Shown here: piece by piece, positions 8,591-17,687 of the stretch
Layout of the letters: the number at the start of each line of letters is the position of its first letter
Position numbering within the stretch: the first letter of the stretch is position 1
NCBI GenBank assembly: GCA_025340205.1
Contig: CP006868.1
Coordinates: forward strand, 1,590,001 to 1,622,000
DNA from: Ignicoccus pacificus DSM 13166
Lineage (GTDB): Archaea; Thermoproteota; Thermoprotei_A; Sulfolobales; Ignicoccaceae
Reading direction: 5' to 3'
Length of the DNA: 32,000 nucleotides
Program-made: the position numbers and the translations under genes
Notes under the pieces: generated by a model
Databases searched by the model: none
Told to the model about the DNA's origin: nothing
Seen by the model: only the letters and a program-made list of their open reading frames with translations

Positions 8591-9592
8591 ATGGGAGAAG
8601 TGGAGGAGGTGTCGGGAACTCCTATAAAAAGTTCGAAGGCTTTAGCGCCTACGAAGGTTACCCTCTTCGGCGAACACGCCGTCGTCTACGGTAAGCCGGC
8701 ACTCGTCCTCTCAATACCGGTTTACGTAGAGGTAGAGACCGAAAGGGCAGACGAGTTCTCTTTAGAGAGTGGTCCTGTTTCGTTAAACAAGCTCTCCCTA
8801 ATCATCGAAGAAGACGAGGTGAGGTTATCCGGGGAGGCTCGGGGAGAGGTACTTAGATATTTCTCGTATATCTTGGAATCGCTGAATATCATTGGAATTA
8901 GAGACGTGAGAATTAGGATATCTTCCCCGCTTCCCGTAGGAGCGGGGCTTGGTACCAGCGCCGCCGTAACCGTGGGAACCATAGCTGCCGCCTCAAAGCT
9001 CAACGACATGAGTTTAACAAAAGAGAAGATAGCGGAGCTCGCTTGGGAGGTCGAGAAGAGGGTACAGGGCAGAGCTAGTCCCATGGACACGAGCGCCTCT
9101 GCCTTAGGAGGAGCGCTCTTGATACGAAGGGACGGAGAGAAGTGGATTAGGGAAAAAATAACGATAAATGAAGTTCCATTGGTAATAGGTTTATTCAAAA
9201 AGAGATGGACCACTGGCGAGCTAGTAGCGAGGGTTGCCAAAAGGCTTACCGAGTATCCATTTCTCAACGAGATAATTGAAGTAATAGGCGATTTAACCAT
9301 GGAGGCGCTGAACGCTCTCGAAAGCGGCGATCTAGCGAAGGTGGGAGAACTGATGAACGTGAATCATGGACTTCTGGAATCATTAGGAGTAGTTACCAAG
9401 GAAATAGCCGAAGCTGTTCACGCCGTCAGAATGGCTGGAGCGCTGGGAGCAAAGGTCTCCGGTGCTGGAGGTGGGGGAGCTGTTGTCGCCTTAGGAGACA
9501 ACGTCGATGAGATCTCCGCAGCGTTCAAGGCGGTAGGGGCAGAGAGGGTGTTGGTCATCCGAAGACTATCGAGGGGAGTAGAGGTTAGGTGA
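8591..9592 (+). CDS. mvk: Mevalonate kinase
   Basis: KVTLFGEHAVVYGKPALVLSIP, SSPLPVGAGLGTSAAVTVG, GRASPMDTSASALGG, KVSGAGGGGAVVAL: GHMP kinase/MVK signatures. Confidence 0.95.
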   Translation: MGEVEEVSGTPIKSSKALAPTKVTLFGEHAVVYGKPALVLSIPVYVEVETERADEFSLESGPVSLNKLSLIIEEDEVRLSGEARGEVLRYFSYILESLNIIGIRDVRIRISSPLPVGAGLGTSAAVTVGTIAAASKLNDMSLTKEKIAELAWEVEKRVQGRASPMDTSASALGGALLIRRDGEKWIREKITINEVPLVIGLFKKRWTTGELVARVAKRLTEYPFLNEIIEVIGDLTMEALNALESGDLAKVGELMNVNHGLLESLGVVTKEIAEAVHAVRMAGALGAKVSGAGGGGAVVALGDNVDEISAAFKAVGAERVLVIRRLSRGVEVR

Positions 9593-9636
9593 AGGTTTTT
9601 ATCCGGGTTTTACGGTGGCTCGAAAGGTGACCGTAC

Positions 9637-9786
9637 ATGGGAAGCCACGGTTCGTTGACTAAGGCCGGAAAGGTCAGGCAACAAACCCCCAAGTTCGAGC
9701 CCAAGCCTAGGAAGAACAAGCCGCCTCGTGTGAGGAACAGGAAGGAGTTCGAGAGGTTTAGGAAGAAGGTAATGGCTGCTGCCTAA
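9637..9786 (+). CDS. rps30e: 30S ribosomal protein S30e (49 aa; absent from the supplied ORF track)
   Basis: Manual translation from ATG 9637 to TAA 9784-9786: [49 protein letters not shown]. The [12 protein letters not shown]...TPK...PRVRNR signature is S30e. Upstream aaaggtga could be a ribosome-binding site. Confidence 0.95.
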   Translation: MGSHGSLTKAGKVRQQTPKFEPKPRKNKPPRVRNRKEFERFRKKVMAAA

Positions 9787-11030
9787 CCAACTGCTTTTTC
9801 TTCCACGCTTCTTCCTTCCAATACCTCCATTACCTTCTCAATTGCATCATCCATGCTTATCGCCCTTAGCCTCATAGTGGGGTGGAATCTGGCGCTGTCT
9901 GGATCCTTCAACCCATGGCCAGTTACCACCGCCACTACCGTCTCATCTCCGTTGAAGTAACCTTGAGAGGCTAACTTGATCAAACCTGCCACGCTAGCAG
10001 CTCCAGCCGGCTCGGCGGCTATTCCCTCTTCACGTGCGAGGAGTCTTTGAGCCCTTAGGATCTCAGAGTCGGTAACGCTTTCAAACGTACCACCAGATTC
10101 CGTCACGGCCTTCCACGCCTTGAGCCAATTGACGGGCTTTCCTATTCTTATCGCGGTTGCAACCGTCTCGGGCGAATCGGTGAAGAGGGGTGCCCTCAGT
10201 CCGGCCTTAAATGCGGAAGCTATTGGGGAGGCCCCTTCGGCTTGAATTCCGTTCATCTTAGGTAAGGAATCGCTGTATCCCCATCTCTTGAGCTCCTTGA
10301 ATCCTTTCCAAATTGCTGAGATGTTTCCAGCGTTACCCACGGGAACGAATATGTGATCGGGGACTCCTATGTCCTCGAACAGCTCAAAACCTAACGTCTT
10401 CTGCCCCTCGAGTCTCCAAGGGTTGAAGGAATTCAAGGGGTAGAATTCGTCCCTCTTCGCCAACTCCTTAGCGGTGTCTAAGGCCAGATCGAAGTTGCCC
10501 TCTATCTCGACTATTATCGCACCATGCATTATGCTCTGAGCGAGTTTTCCTAGGGCGACCTTTCCTCTAGGAAGCAAGAGGAAAGTCTTGAGTCCCGCTC
10601 GAGCAGCGTAAGCGGCTGCAGATGCTGCTGTGTTACCTGTGGAGGCGGCCACAACCGCCTTGGATCCGACTTCTCTAGCTAAGGTTATAGCCAAACTCAT
10701 TCCTCTATCCTTGAAGGAACCCGTCGGATTCGCTCCCTCGAATTTTACGTAGAGTCTCCTTACTCCGATGATTTTCTCCAACTTCTCCAATCTAATTAGA
10801 GGGGTCGAACCTTCACCCATCGTGACGGGTCTTTCTGTCTTTAGAGGTAGCAATTCCTTGAATCGCCATATTCCCATCATTCGACTCCTTCTTCGGAACT
10901 CCGTGAAGGGAGGCAGCTCGTCGGGGGTAAACACGACCTCTAAGAGATGTCCGCATTTGGGACAAGTGAAGAGCTTCGGGGATGGATCGTACTCCGCGCC
11001 GCAATTGACACATCGCAGCCTAGGTCGCAC
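9783..11030 (-). CDS. thrC: Threonine synthase
   Basis: N-terminal zinc ribbon [23 protein letters not shown]; PLP motif [13 protein letters not shown]; [17 protein letters not shown]; [15 protein letters not shown]. Confidence 0.95.
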   Translation of the reverse strand: MRPRLRCVNCGAEYDPSPKLFTCPKCGHLLEVVFTPDELPPFTEFRRRSRMMGIWRFKELLPLKTERPVTMGEGSTPLIRLEKLEKIIGVRRLYVKFEGANPTGSFKDRGMSLAITLAREVGSKAVVAASTGNTAASAAAYAARAGLKTFLLLPRGKVALGKLAQSIMHGAIIVEIEGNFDLALDTAKELAKRDEFYPLNSFNPWRLEGQKTLGFELFEDIGVPDHIFVPVGNAGNISAIWKGFKELKRWGYSDSLPKMNGIQAEGASPIASAFKAGLRAPLFTDSPETVATAIRIGKPVNWLKAWKAVTESGGTFESVTDSEILRAQRLLAREEGIAAEPAGAASVAGLIKLASQGYFNGDETVVAVVTGHGLKDPDSARFHPTMRLRAISMDDAIEKVMEVLEGRSVEEKAVG

Positions 11031-11144
11031 TGATACACCTACCCCGCGCTCACCGATGTGTCTCGAAGAGCTTTAACTTTAATCCGAGCAGGCTTCCCTC
11101 TACTTAACTCGCTGAATCGGAGACTGAAGTATGGGTATTACCAC

Positions 11145-12923
11145 TTGCTGTTCTCTGAAATTGTAAACGCTTTGGAAAAGCTAGAAAGTACAAGTTCTAG
11201 GATACAAACAGTAGCTATACTGACATCATTGTTTAAAAAGGTATTAGATGAAAACAAGGATTTGATCGATAAAGTCGTGTATTTCATCCAAGGAAAGCTT
11301 TGGCCAGACTGGTACGGCTACCCTGAGATAGGTATTGGAGAAAAAGGAATAATAAAGGCTATAGCCTTAGCCTCTGGCTTAAAGGAAAGGGAAATAGAGG
11401 AGCTCTACAAGAGCTTGGGAGATCTGGGCCTAGTAGCAGAGAGGGCAATGAGTAAGAAGAAGGCAGTGGGATTGGCAGCTTTTGTAAAGAAGAAAACACC
11501 ACTTACCTTCGAGAAGGTCTATAATACCTTAAAGAGAATAGCATTCATGCAAGGTGAAGGAAGTAGAGATCTCAAGATAAAAGCACTAGCTGGATTGTTC
11601 ACGGAGGCCTCTCCTAAGGAGGCCAAGTACATAGCTAGATTCGTTCAAGGAAAACTCAGATTAGGGGTGGGCGACACCTCCATAATAGAAGCTTTGGCGC
11701 AACTCTTCGGTGTCCCCAAGGAACAAGTGGAGAGGGCTTACAACTTAAGAGCCGACCTAGGAGCTCTGGCTCTCTTAATGGCGAAGGAGGGACCTGATGT
11801 AGTCAAGAGGGTTCATCCGAAGCCCGGAATTCCACTAAGACCCATGCTGGCTGAGAGGCTGCACGACCCCGTCGAGATACTCAAGAAGTTAGGTGGTGTG
11901 GGACTCGCTGAGTACAAGTACGACGGCGAGAGAGCTCAAATACACATACTCCCAGATGGGAGAGTTATTATCTTTTCTAGAAGATTGGAAAACATTACCG
12001 AACCTTATCCGGACGTAGTTCAGTATGCCAAGAAGCACGTAAAGGCAAAGGAGGCGATAATTGAGGGAGAAATAGTAGCAGTAGATCCTAGGACCGGTGA
12101 GCTAAGACCCTTCCAAGAACTCATGCACAGGAGGAGGAAACACGACATTCACATAGCGATGAAGGAGTACCCCGTCCACGTAAGACTGTTTGACTTAATG
12201 TACGCCGACGGCGAAGATTACACCGACAAACCTCTACCTATTAGGAGAAAGAAGCTGGAGGAAATACTCGATCAAGTAGAGGAGTTCAGAATAGCCGAGA
12301 ACAAAATAGTTGACAATCCCGAGGATTTGGAGAAGTTCTTCTACGAAGCTATAAATAACGGCTGTGAAGGTCTAGTGGTCAAGGCCATCCACGATAGAAG
12401 CATTTACCAAGCCGGCGCCAGAGGATGGCTGTGGATTAAGTACAAGAGGGACTACAAGAGCGAGATGATAGAACCTGTTGACTTAGTGGTCGTAGGAGCG
12501 TTCTACGGCAAGGGTAGAAGAGGAGGAACCTATGGCGCGTTGCTTATGGCGGGTTATGATAAGGAGAGAGACGTATTCATGACGGTATGTAAGGTAGGTT
12601 CCGGCTTCAGCGATGAGGAGTTAGCCAAGCTCCCAGAGCTCTTGAAGCCCTACATCATTCCAAAGAAGCATCCGAGAGTGGTCAGTCAGATGGAGGCGGA
12701 TGTATGGGTTCAACCCGCGCTAGTAGCCGAAATAATAGGTGCGGAAATAACCATAAGTCCTATGCATACTTGTGCCTTAGACAAGGTCAAAGCAGGTGCT
12801 GGACTCGCAATTAGGTTCCCTAGATTCATCCGTTGGAGACCCGACAAAGGACCTGAAGATGCTACAACATGTGACGAGATAATTGAAATGTACAAGATGA
12901 AGCTCCATAAAGTCGAGGAGTGA
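11145..12923 (+). CDS. lig: ATP-dependent DNA ligase
   Basis: Nucleotidyltransferase motif EYKYDGERAQIH (KxDG), EAIIEGEIVAVD, GCEGLVVKAI, RGWLWIKYKRDY. The track start is 11058, but homology-like N-terminal alignment (LFSEIVNALEKLESTSSRIQ) favours TTG 11145. Confidence 0.96.
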   Translation: MLFSEIVNALEKLESTSSRIQTVAILTSLFKKVLDENKDLIDKVVYFIQGKLWPDWYGYPEIGIGEKGIIKAIALASGLKEREIEELYKSLGDLGLVAERAMSKKKAVGLAAFVKKKTPLTFEKVYNTLKRIAFMQGEGSRDLKIKALAGLFTEASPKEAKYIARFVQGKLRLGVGDTSIIEALAQLFGVPKEQVERAYNLRADLGALALLMAKEGPDVVKRVHPKPGIPLRPMLAERLHDPVEILKKLGGVGLAEYKYDGERAQIHILPDGRVIIFSRRLENITEPYPDVVQYAKKHVKAKEAIIEGEIVAVDPRTGELRPFQELMHRRRKHDIHIAMKEYPVHVRLFDLMYADGEDYTDKPLPIRRKKLEEILDQVEEFRIAENKIVDNPEDLEKFFYEAINNGCEGLVVKAIHDRSIYQAGARGWLWIKYKRDYKSEMIEPVDLVVVGAFYGKGRRGGTYGALLMAGYDKERDVFMTVCKVGSGFSDEELAKLPELLKPYIIPKKHPRVVSQMEADVWVQPALVAEIIGAEITISPMHTCALDKVKAGAGLAIRFPRFIRWRPDKGPEDATTCDEIIEMYKMKLHKVEE

Positions 12924-12965
12924 GAGAGTGGGCCGAAAGAATTAGGATTAATACGGAGGTCTCTC

Positions 12966-12973
12966 TTTTTTCT
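12966..12973 (+). terminator. T-run after the DNA ligase gene
   Basis: ctctcttttttct downstream of the ligase stop at 12923. Confidence 0.35.
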
Positions 12974-12984
12974 AGTGGGACACC

Positions 12985-13725
12985 GTGGCGAAAGTGAAAG
13001 TGATAATAGTTTTGGTGATACTTTTAATCCCACTATGGTCGCTAAAGTGCTATTCAAGCAATCCTAAGCTATTGAGCATGTGTGAATCGGTGGCTCCCAA
13101 GGTTGAGAAGCTTTGGGGTAAGGTCGACGCTATCGTGTACTTGAAGGATGGATTGACCAACGCAACCATAGGATCATACCATTCAAATAACTTTACAATA
13201 GTCTTGAACGATCCAGATTATTGTACGGTAGCACATGAGCTAACTCACGTAATTCAGCTCTACAAAGGCATAAAGGGTCCTAGATGGTTCTTAGAGGGTC
13301 AAGCTGATCTAAGTTGCTACCTACTTTATCCTAATGAGTACGGAAAAAGGGGTTATATTACTTGGTTAAGAGAAGGCTTTGGTGAACTTGACCCTTATCG
13401 CTTCGGAATAACCATCCTATACTATTTGTTTAAAAAGAAAGGTAACGTCTACTTGGCATTGAACTTCAGTCATGAGGATGCGCTACTATATTTTGTAAAA
13501 GCACTAAGGTCGTGCACAACTCCTTTTGACATATGCCCGGGCCCTCTAAGCGTCGACGTTTCGGGTAATGGCACATGGTGGGCGAATACTGATAAAGTGA
13601 AAGGTAATGTCACTGTTATAGATGGTATAGCTATATTCCATGGTTACGGAGAAGCTTATGCTATACCTTCACCCGCGCTTATCTCAGTTATCCTAACCTC
13701 CTTACGACGGAGACGAACCTCTTAA
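12985..13725 (+). CDS. Predicted secreted zinc metallopeptidase (gluzincin, HExxH, peptidase-MA-like)
   Basis: N-terminal signal/TM segment KVIIVLVILLIPLWSLKC, then VAHELTHVIQLYKGIKGPRWFLEGQADL: HExxH followed by W/F-x-EG-x-A. Several cysteines. GTG start. Confidence 0.6.
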   Translation: MAKVKVIIVLVILLIPLWSLKCYSSNPKLLSMCESVAPKVEKLWGKVDAIVYLKDGLTNATIGSYHSNNFTIVLNDPDYCTVAHELTHVIQLYKGIKGPRWFLEGQADLSCYLLYPNEYGKRGYITWLREGFGELDPYRFGITILYYLFKKKGNVYLALNFSHEDALLYFVKALRSCTTPFDICPGPLSVDVSGNGTWWANTDKVKGNVTVIDGIAIFHGYGEAYAIPSPALISVILTSLRRRRTS

Positions 13726-14464
13726 CCCTCTCAACGTCTACCGGAGCCTCGGTAACTCCATTCTCCTTGAAATAGGTCCCTACGATGAAGCCATCAGCCT
13801 TCACGAACTTGTGGACGTTATCTGGCGTGACTCCCGAAGCCACGTAAACGGGTCTTCTTGAACATCTTTTCACCTCTTCCACGTCCTTAGGATCAGGAGG
13901 TGAACCCGTGGAACTACCGCTTACTGCTAGAACGGAAGCCATGCATCTGTCTCCGAGATCCCTCGCCTCGTCGCACAAGGATCTCTCGCTTATCGGCGAT
14001 GCGTGTTTCACCCTCACGTCTGCGATAACTTCTACCTTCCTTCCGAACTCCTTCATTACATTCATTCCTTCCCTAGCCACCGGCGTCAGTAAACCCTCAG
14101 GGGTGTCAGAGCTCCAACACCATTGATTGGACCTGACAAATGATGCTCCGGTAACCAAGGCTATTGCTATGGCCTCCGGAGCTGAGTTCCTTAACAAGCT
14201 TATGCCCACTTCAATCTCAACTTCATTCATGATTTCTGACACTATTCTCGTCATTGTAGCCACCGTTAACGTGGGTACCCTTATGGGATACGGTTTGTCG
14301 CCGTAGTTCTCCACGATTATGGCATCAACTCCTCCCTCCTCCAAAGCCTTAGCATCTCTTACCGCTCTTCTTATGACCTCCTCTAAGGGATTCTTAGCGA
14401 AAGGGTTCCAGAGGTATGAGCCCGGCAAGGGCGGTAGATGAACGACTCCAATGATTTTCTTCAT
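13688..14464 (-). CDS. BtpA/SgcQ-family protein
   Basis: IIGVVHLPPLPGSYLW, ALEEGGVDAIIVENYGDKPY, VGISLLRNSAPEAIAIALVTGASFVRSN, VYVASGVTPDNVHKFVKADGFIVGTYFKENG. Confidence 0.88.
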   Translation of the reverse strand: MKKIIGVVHLPPLPGSYLWNPFAKNPLEEVIRRAVRDAKALEEGGVDAIIVENYGDKPYPIRVPTLTVATMTRIVSEIMNEVEIEVGISLLRNSAPEAIAIALVTGASFVRSNQWCWSSDTPEGLLTPVAREGMNVMKEFGRKVEVIADVRVKHASPISERSLCDEARDLGDRCMASVLAVSGSSTGSPPDPKDVEEVKRCSRRPVYVASGVTPDNVHKFVKADGFIVGTYFKENGVTEAPVDVERVKRFVSVVRRLG

Positions 14465-14470
14465 CGAATG

Positions 14471-16105
14471 TCACCACCTAAAAGTACGTTGAGGTGTTAT
14501 GAAGTGAAGGTGTTACAGACGAGGTTACGATGCTCTTTCGAGGCGATGAATGATGAGGAGGTCATTGTCAGATGTTCTTATATTAGAGCGCCGTGGTCAA
14601 GACCTATAGTTCCGTTCACTGGACGATTCGTAGGAGGCGATGCGGAGGATCTTGGGAACGGTTACTTGAAGCTCCTCAAGTTGAAGGGGATCATAAGACT
14701 CGCCGGCAAAGTTGGAGATAAAGGTAAAGTTGGCAATATTAAATTCATCTTCCAAGAGACAGATGTTAATGTAATTGGGATAAAGAACGGAATAGCAATA
14801 GTACACTTAGTAGGAAAGGGGAAGTACAAGGGATCAATTTACGGATATCCTGTTGAAGGTAATAGTGAGAACGATGAGCTAATAGGTGTCCCTCCGATAA
14901 GGGGGAGAAAGGCCAAACTTACCATAGGGGGGCTCCTCGTTCTTAAGGAATTACCCAAACCCTCTGAGCTCAATGAGTATGACATCCCCTTACCGTATAC
15001 TGTATTAGAAATACGAGAGGACTGCAAGAAACTCCTCGCCTTTGAAGACTTGGACTTCGTTACGTTCAAAGGTAAGTTAGAGAAGCTGAAGAAGGGATTG
15101 AACGAAATATGCTCTAGAGGGGTAGTTTACTACAAAGGCTTCGTAGAGGAACCGAAAAGATGTACTTATTTAAGAAAGGGCTTCTTCATCTCTTCGCCAA
15201 TTATAAGGTTCGAGCATAAAGGAAGGTACTTAGTTCTTAATTCATCTTTAAAGAGCTTCATCGTTAACAATGGTAAAGTTGATATACTAAAAGACGTCGA
15301 CGTTTATTGTAAAGGCAATGAAACTGAAGTCATGGTAAAAGATAACAAAGCATTGATCTATCACAAAGGCGTTAAAATTCAAAGGGAGTTGCCGGAAAGA
15401 CCCACATCATGTGAAGTCTTGAACGAGGACGTATTGTTTGCTTTTCCATCTAAGAGGGTGGATCTTCCCGTTAAGGTCCTCGACTCCGGCACCAACGCCT
15501 TCATACCTCTCTTCCCACTAGTTACCGTTGTGACTCCCATCGATTGGGAGGAACCTTGGGGATCCTCAAGTAATGCATATCTGATGACATTAACTGGGAA
15601 AAAGGTAGAATTGGAGCCGGGGTCCTTCAAGCTTCTTAAGATAAACGATCTCATCGTCGCCTACAACCTCTATGGTAGCATTTATGTATTCAACAAGGAT
15701 CTTGAAATGGTGTGGTCTAGAGAAGCAAATGCCGTTAGATCGGTAGCCGTCTTGGACGACGTCTTGGCTATCTGGACACAAAGACCTCCTAGATTAAGGT
15801 TATTCCACCTAAGGGGAGGAAGGTTCAAGGAAGTAAAGAAGCTATCCTTCAGTATAAATCATGCCGCCCTTTGTCCGGATCTCATTTCGAAGCTGATTTA
15901 CGCGATAGATGAAAAGGGGAAAATGCTAGCCTTGAATAAAGAGGGAGAAGTTGTCCTAGAATCCACTGTGACACCCTCATGGACTTGCATGAGCTTCGAT
16001 AAGACGCTCTTCACGGCGTCCTCCGAAGGTATGATCAAATGGGAAAGGTTATCCTCTGTGGAGGACTGGGAGAAGCTCCACGAGGTCCTCTTCTCCCACT
16101 TCTAG
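14471..16105 (+). CDS. Hypothetical protein, C-terminal region beta-propeller-like
   Basis: ORF 14438..16105; ATG 14471 (MSPPKSTLRC) is a likely start. The C-terminal half has repeated blade-like segments (NLYGSIYVFNKDLEMVWSREANAVRSVAVLDDVLAIW; KLIYAIDEKGKMLALNKEGEVVLES). Confidence 0.5.
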   Translation, partial: SPPKSTLRCYEVKVLQTRLRCSFEAMNDEEVIVRCSYIRAPWSRPIVPFTGRFVGGDAEDLGNGYLKLLKLKGIIRLAGKVGDKGKVGNIKFIFQETDVNVIGIKNGIAIVHLVGKGKYKGSIYGYPVEGNSENDELIGVPPIRGRKAKLTIGGLLVLKELPKPSELNEYDIPLPYTVLEIREDCKKLLAFEDLDFVTFKGKLEKLKKGLNEICSRGVVYYKGFVEEPKRCTYLRKGFFISSPIIRFEHKGRYLVLNSSLKSFIVNNGKVDILKDVDVYCKGNETEVMVKDNKALIYHKGVKIQRELPERPTSCEVLNEDVLFAFPSKRVDLPVKVLDSGTNAFIPLFPLVTVVTPIDWEEPWGSSSNAYLMTLTGKKVELEPGSFKLLKINDLIVAYNLYGSIYVFNKDLEMVWSREANAVRSVAVLDDVLAIWTQRPPRLRLFHLRGGRFKEVKKLSFSINHAALCPDLISKLIYAIDEKGKMLALNKEGEVVLESTVTPSWTCMSFDKTLFTASSEGMIKWERLSSVEDWEKLHEVLFSHF

Positions 16106-16288
16106 TCCTTCAAGCACGCTTAGCTCCTTCCCATTGACAAACACCAGTAAGAGTGCCGTAGGCGTACCGTTCTCATTAATTAGGTCCTTGAGCTCGGATC
16201 TCAACGTTCTTAGGCATTTCAAGACCTCCTCTACTCTCCGAGCGTGAAGCGTTAGCTCCTCCCCGCTCCAAAGCCTTACTTTTGCCAA
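16049..16288 (-). CDS. MoaD/ThiS/SAMP-like ubiquitin-fold protein, 79 aa, C-terminus HRG
   Basis: MAKVRLWSGEELTLHARRVEEVLKCL...TALLLVFVNGKELSVLEGLEVGEEDLVELLPVLHRG: VNGKE, loop, 'ED.VELLPVL' as in MoaD-type folds. Overlaps the 3' end of purM. Confidence 0.55.
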   Translation of the reverse strand: MAKVRLWSGEELTLHARRVEEVLKCLRTLRSELKDLINENGTPTALLLVFVNGKELSVLEGLEVGEEDLVELLPVLHRG

Positions 16289-17250
16289 TTTCTCACCTTA
16301 TAGCCAGCTCCTCCCCAAGGTGTACATATCCTGGTCTCCCCTTTCTGAACTTCTCCGGCGACCCATGCTTTCAATCCCTCTCTCTCAAAGTACTTGATGC
16401 TTTCTTCATCACCAATTACTATTAGACCTACTCCCATATTGAAGGTGGTATACGCTTCCATAGGATCCAAGTTTCCAGCTTTTACTATTCTCATAAACAC
16501 CTCGGGGATTTCCCAACAATCCAATTTCAATCCCAGATCCTTAGGGAGTCTTTCATGAACCTTTCTGAAGGCTCCGCCAGTTACATGGGCTGCCCACTTC
16601 ACCTTCCCCTCTTTCATGGCATCCAACAGGGGGTTATGGTAGTTCGCTACCGGAGCGACTATGTCCTCCTCTATACCGTCTAGGCTTAGTCTTCCTGCGT
16701 CTATCAGCTTCCTGATCAACGTATAGCCGTTTGCATGAGGACCAGTAGAAGCTACAGCGATTACCTTGTCCCCTGGTTCCGGTTCCCTCGTGTCAGCATA
16801 TCGAGTTCCCAAGAGGGTACATGATATATCGTAACCCTTCACTACGTCTGGCATTATAGCAGTTTCGCCACCTGCCAATACTGCACCTATACTCTCTATT
16901 GCCTTAGTAAGGCCCTTACCTATATCCTCTGATAGCTTGGGATCTCCTTTCTCAGTAGCTAGATAGTCAACTAAGAGGATACCCTTGAATCCTTCACATG
17001 CAATATCATTAGCATTGACCATCACGCAGTCCCAACCTGCTATCTCGTTCCTCCCGAGTTTGTCGAGAAGTATGGTCTTGGTACCAACTCCATCGACGTG
17101 TAAAGTTATTTCCATATCACCCAGCTTGAAGGATGACGCATAGCTTCCTATTCCCTCAGCCCTTGATTTTATCAAGCCTAATATCTTCCTTTGCATCTCC
17201 TTTTGTTTATTGATATCTACTCCAGCCTTGGCGTAGCTCCACCTCTCCAC
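16276..17250 (-). CDS. purM: Phosphoribosylformylglycinamidine cyclo-ligase (AIR synthetase)
   Basis: SYAKAGVDINKQ, LHVDGVGTKTILLDKLGR, GWDCVMVNANDIACEG, AVLAGGETAIMPDVVKGYDISCTLLG, STGPHANGYTLIRKL, HVTGGAFRKV. Confidence 0.94.
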   Translation of the reverse strand: MERWSYAKAGVDINKQKEMQRKILGLIKSRAEGIGSYASSFKLGDMEITLHVDGVGTKTILLDKLGRNEIAGWDCVMVNANDIACEGFKGILLVDYLATEKGDPKLSEDIGKGLTKAIESIGAVLAGGETAIMPDVVKGYDISCTLLGTRYADTREPEPGDKVIAVASTGPHANGYTLIRKLIDAGRLSLDGIEEDIVAPVANYHNPLLDAMKEGKVKWAAHVTGGAFRKVHERLPKDLGLKLDCWEIPEVFMRIVKAGNLDPMEAYTTFNMGVGLIVIGDEESIKYFEREGLKAWVAGEVQKGETRICTPWGGAGYKVRNWQK

Positions 17251-17327
17251 TTTTTACCACCGTAGACGTCGCGCACACTCGTTCCTATAGTCTTACTCCA
17301 CTATTACTTACTTTCGGGGTAGGGTCT

Positions 17328-17687
17328 TTGGCGGGCAGGGTAGAGGTCGAAGTATATTGCTACGGGTTCCATGATGAATATTGTAAGTTGGCTTACTTGG
17401 AACTCTCTAAGCTAAGAACGGACCTAATTCTAGACCATCAAGTGGACATAAAGGTATCTATTGTTGATTACTCTTCCGCACCCTTGAACTTTCACTCAAA
17501 TTACCATAAAGTAGCTGACTTACTGAGGGAGGTAGCGAGGGTAAAGATAGGTAACAAGTACATATTCAGTTACAAAGACTTAGTAAACATGCGCGAGCAA
17601 GTGATGGAGTACATACTTAGATGCGCCAACGAGGACTACGGTGGCCTGCTCGGTATGAGCGGGGTCGGCGTTACTGAGGCTATCTAA
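17328..17687 (+). CDS. Hypothetical protein, 119 aa
   Basis: Intact ORF filling the space between divergent purM and convergent tiaS; no recognisable family. Confidence 0.5.
   Translation: MAGRVEVEVYCYGFHDEYCKLAYLELSKLRTDLILDHQVDIKVSIVDYSSAPLNFHSNYHKVADLLREVARVKIGNKYIFSYKDLVNMREQVMEYILRCANEDYGGLLGMSGVGVTEAI

Noticed and set aside
8722-9300. 192-aa minus ORF over mevalonate kinase
   Set aside because: Low-complexity Ser-rich reverse frame opposite highly conserved GHMP kinase motifs.
11058-11144. N-terminal extension of DNA ligase
   Set aside because: The ligase family begins near LFSEIVNALEKLE. The upstream codons look like open non-coding frame extending toward divergent thrC.
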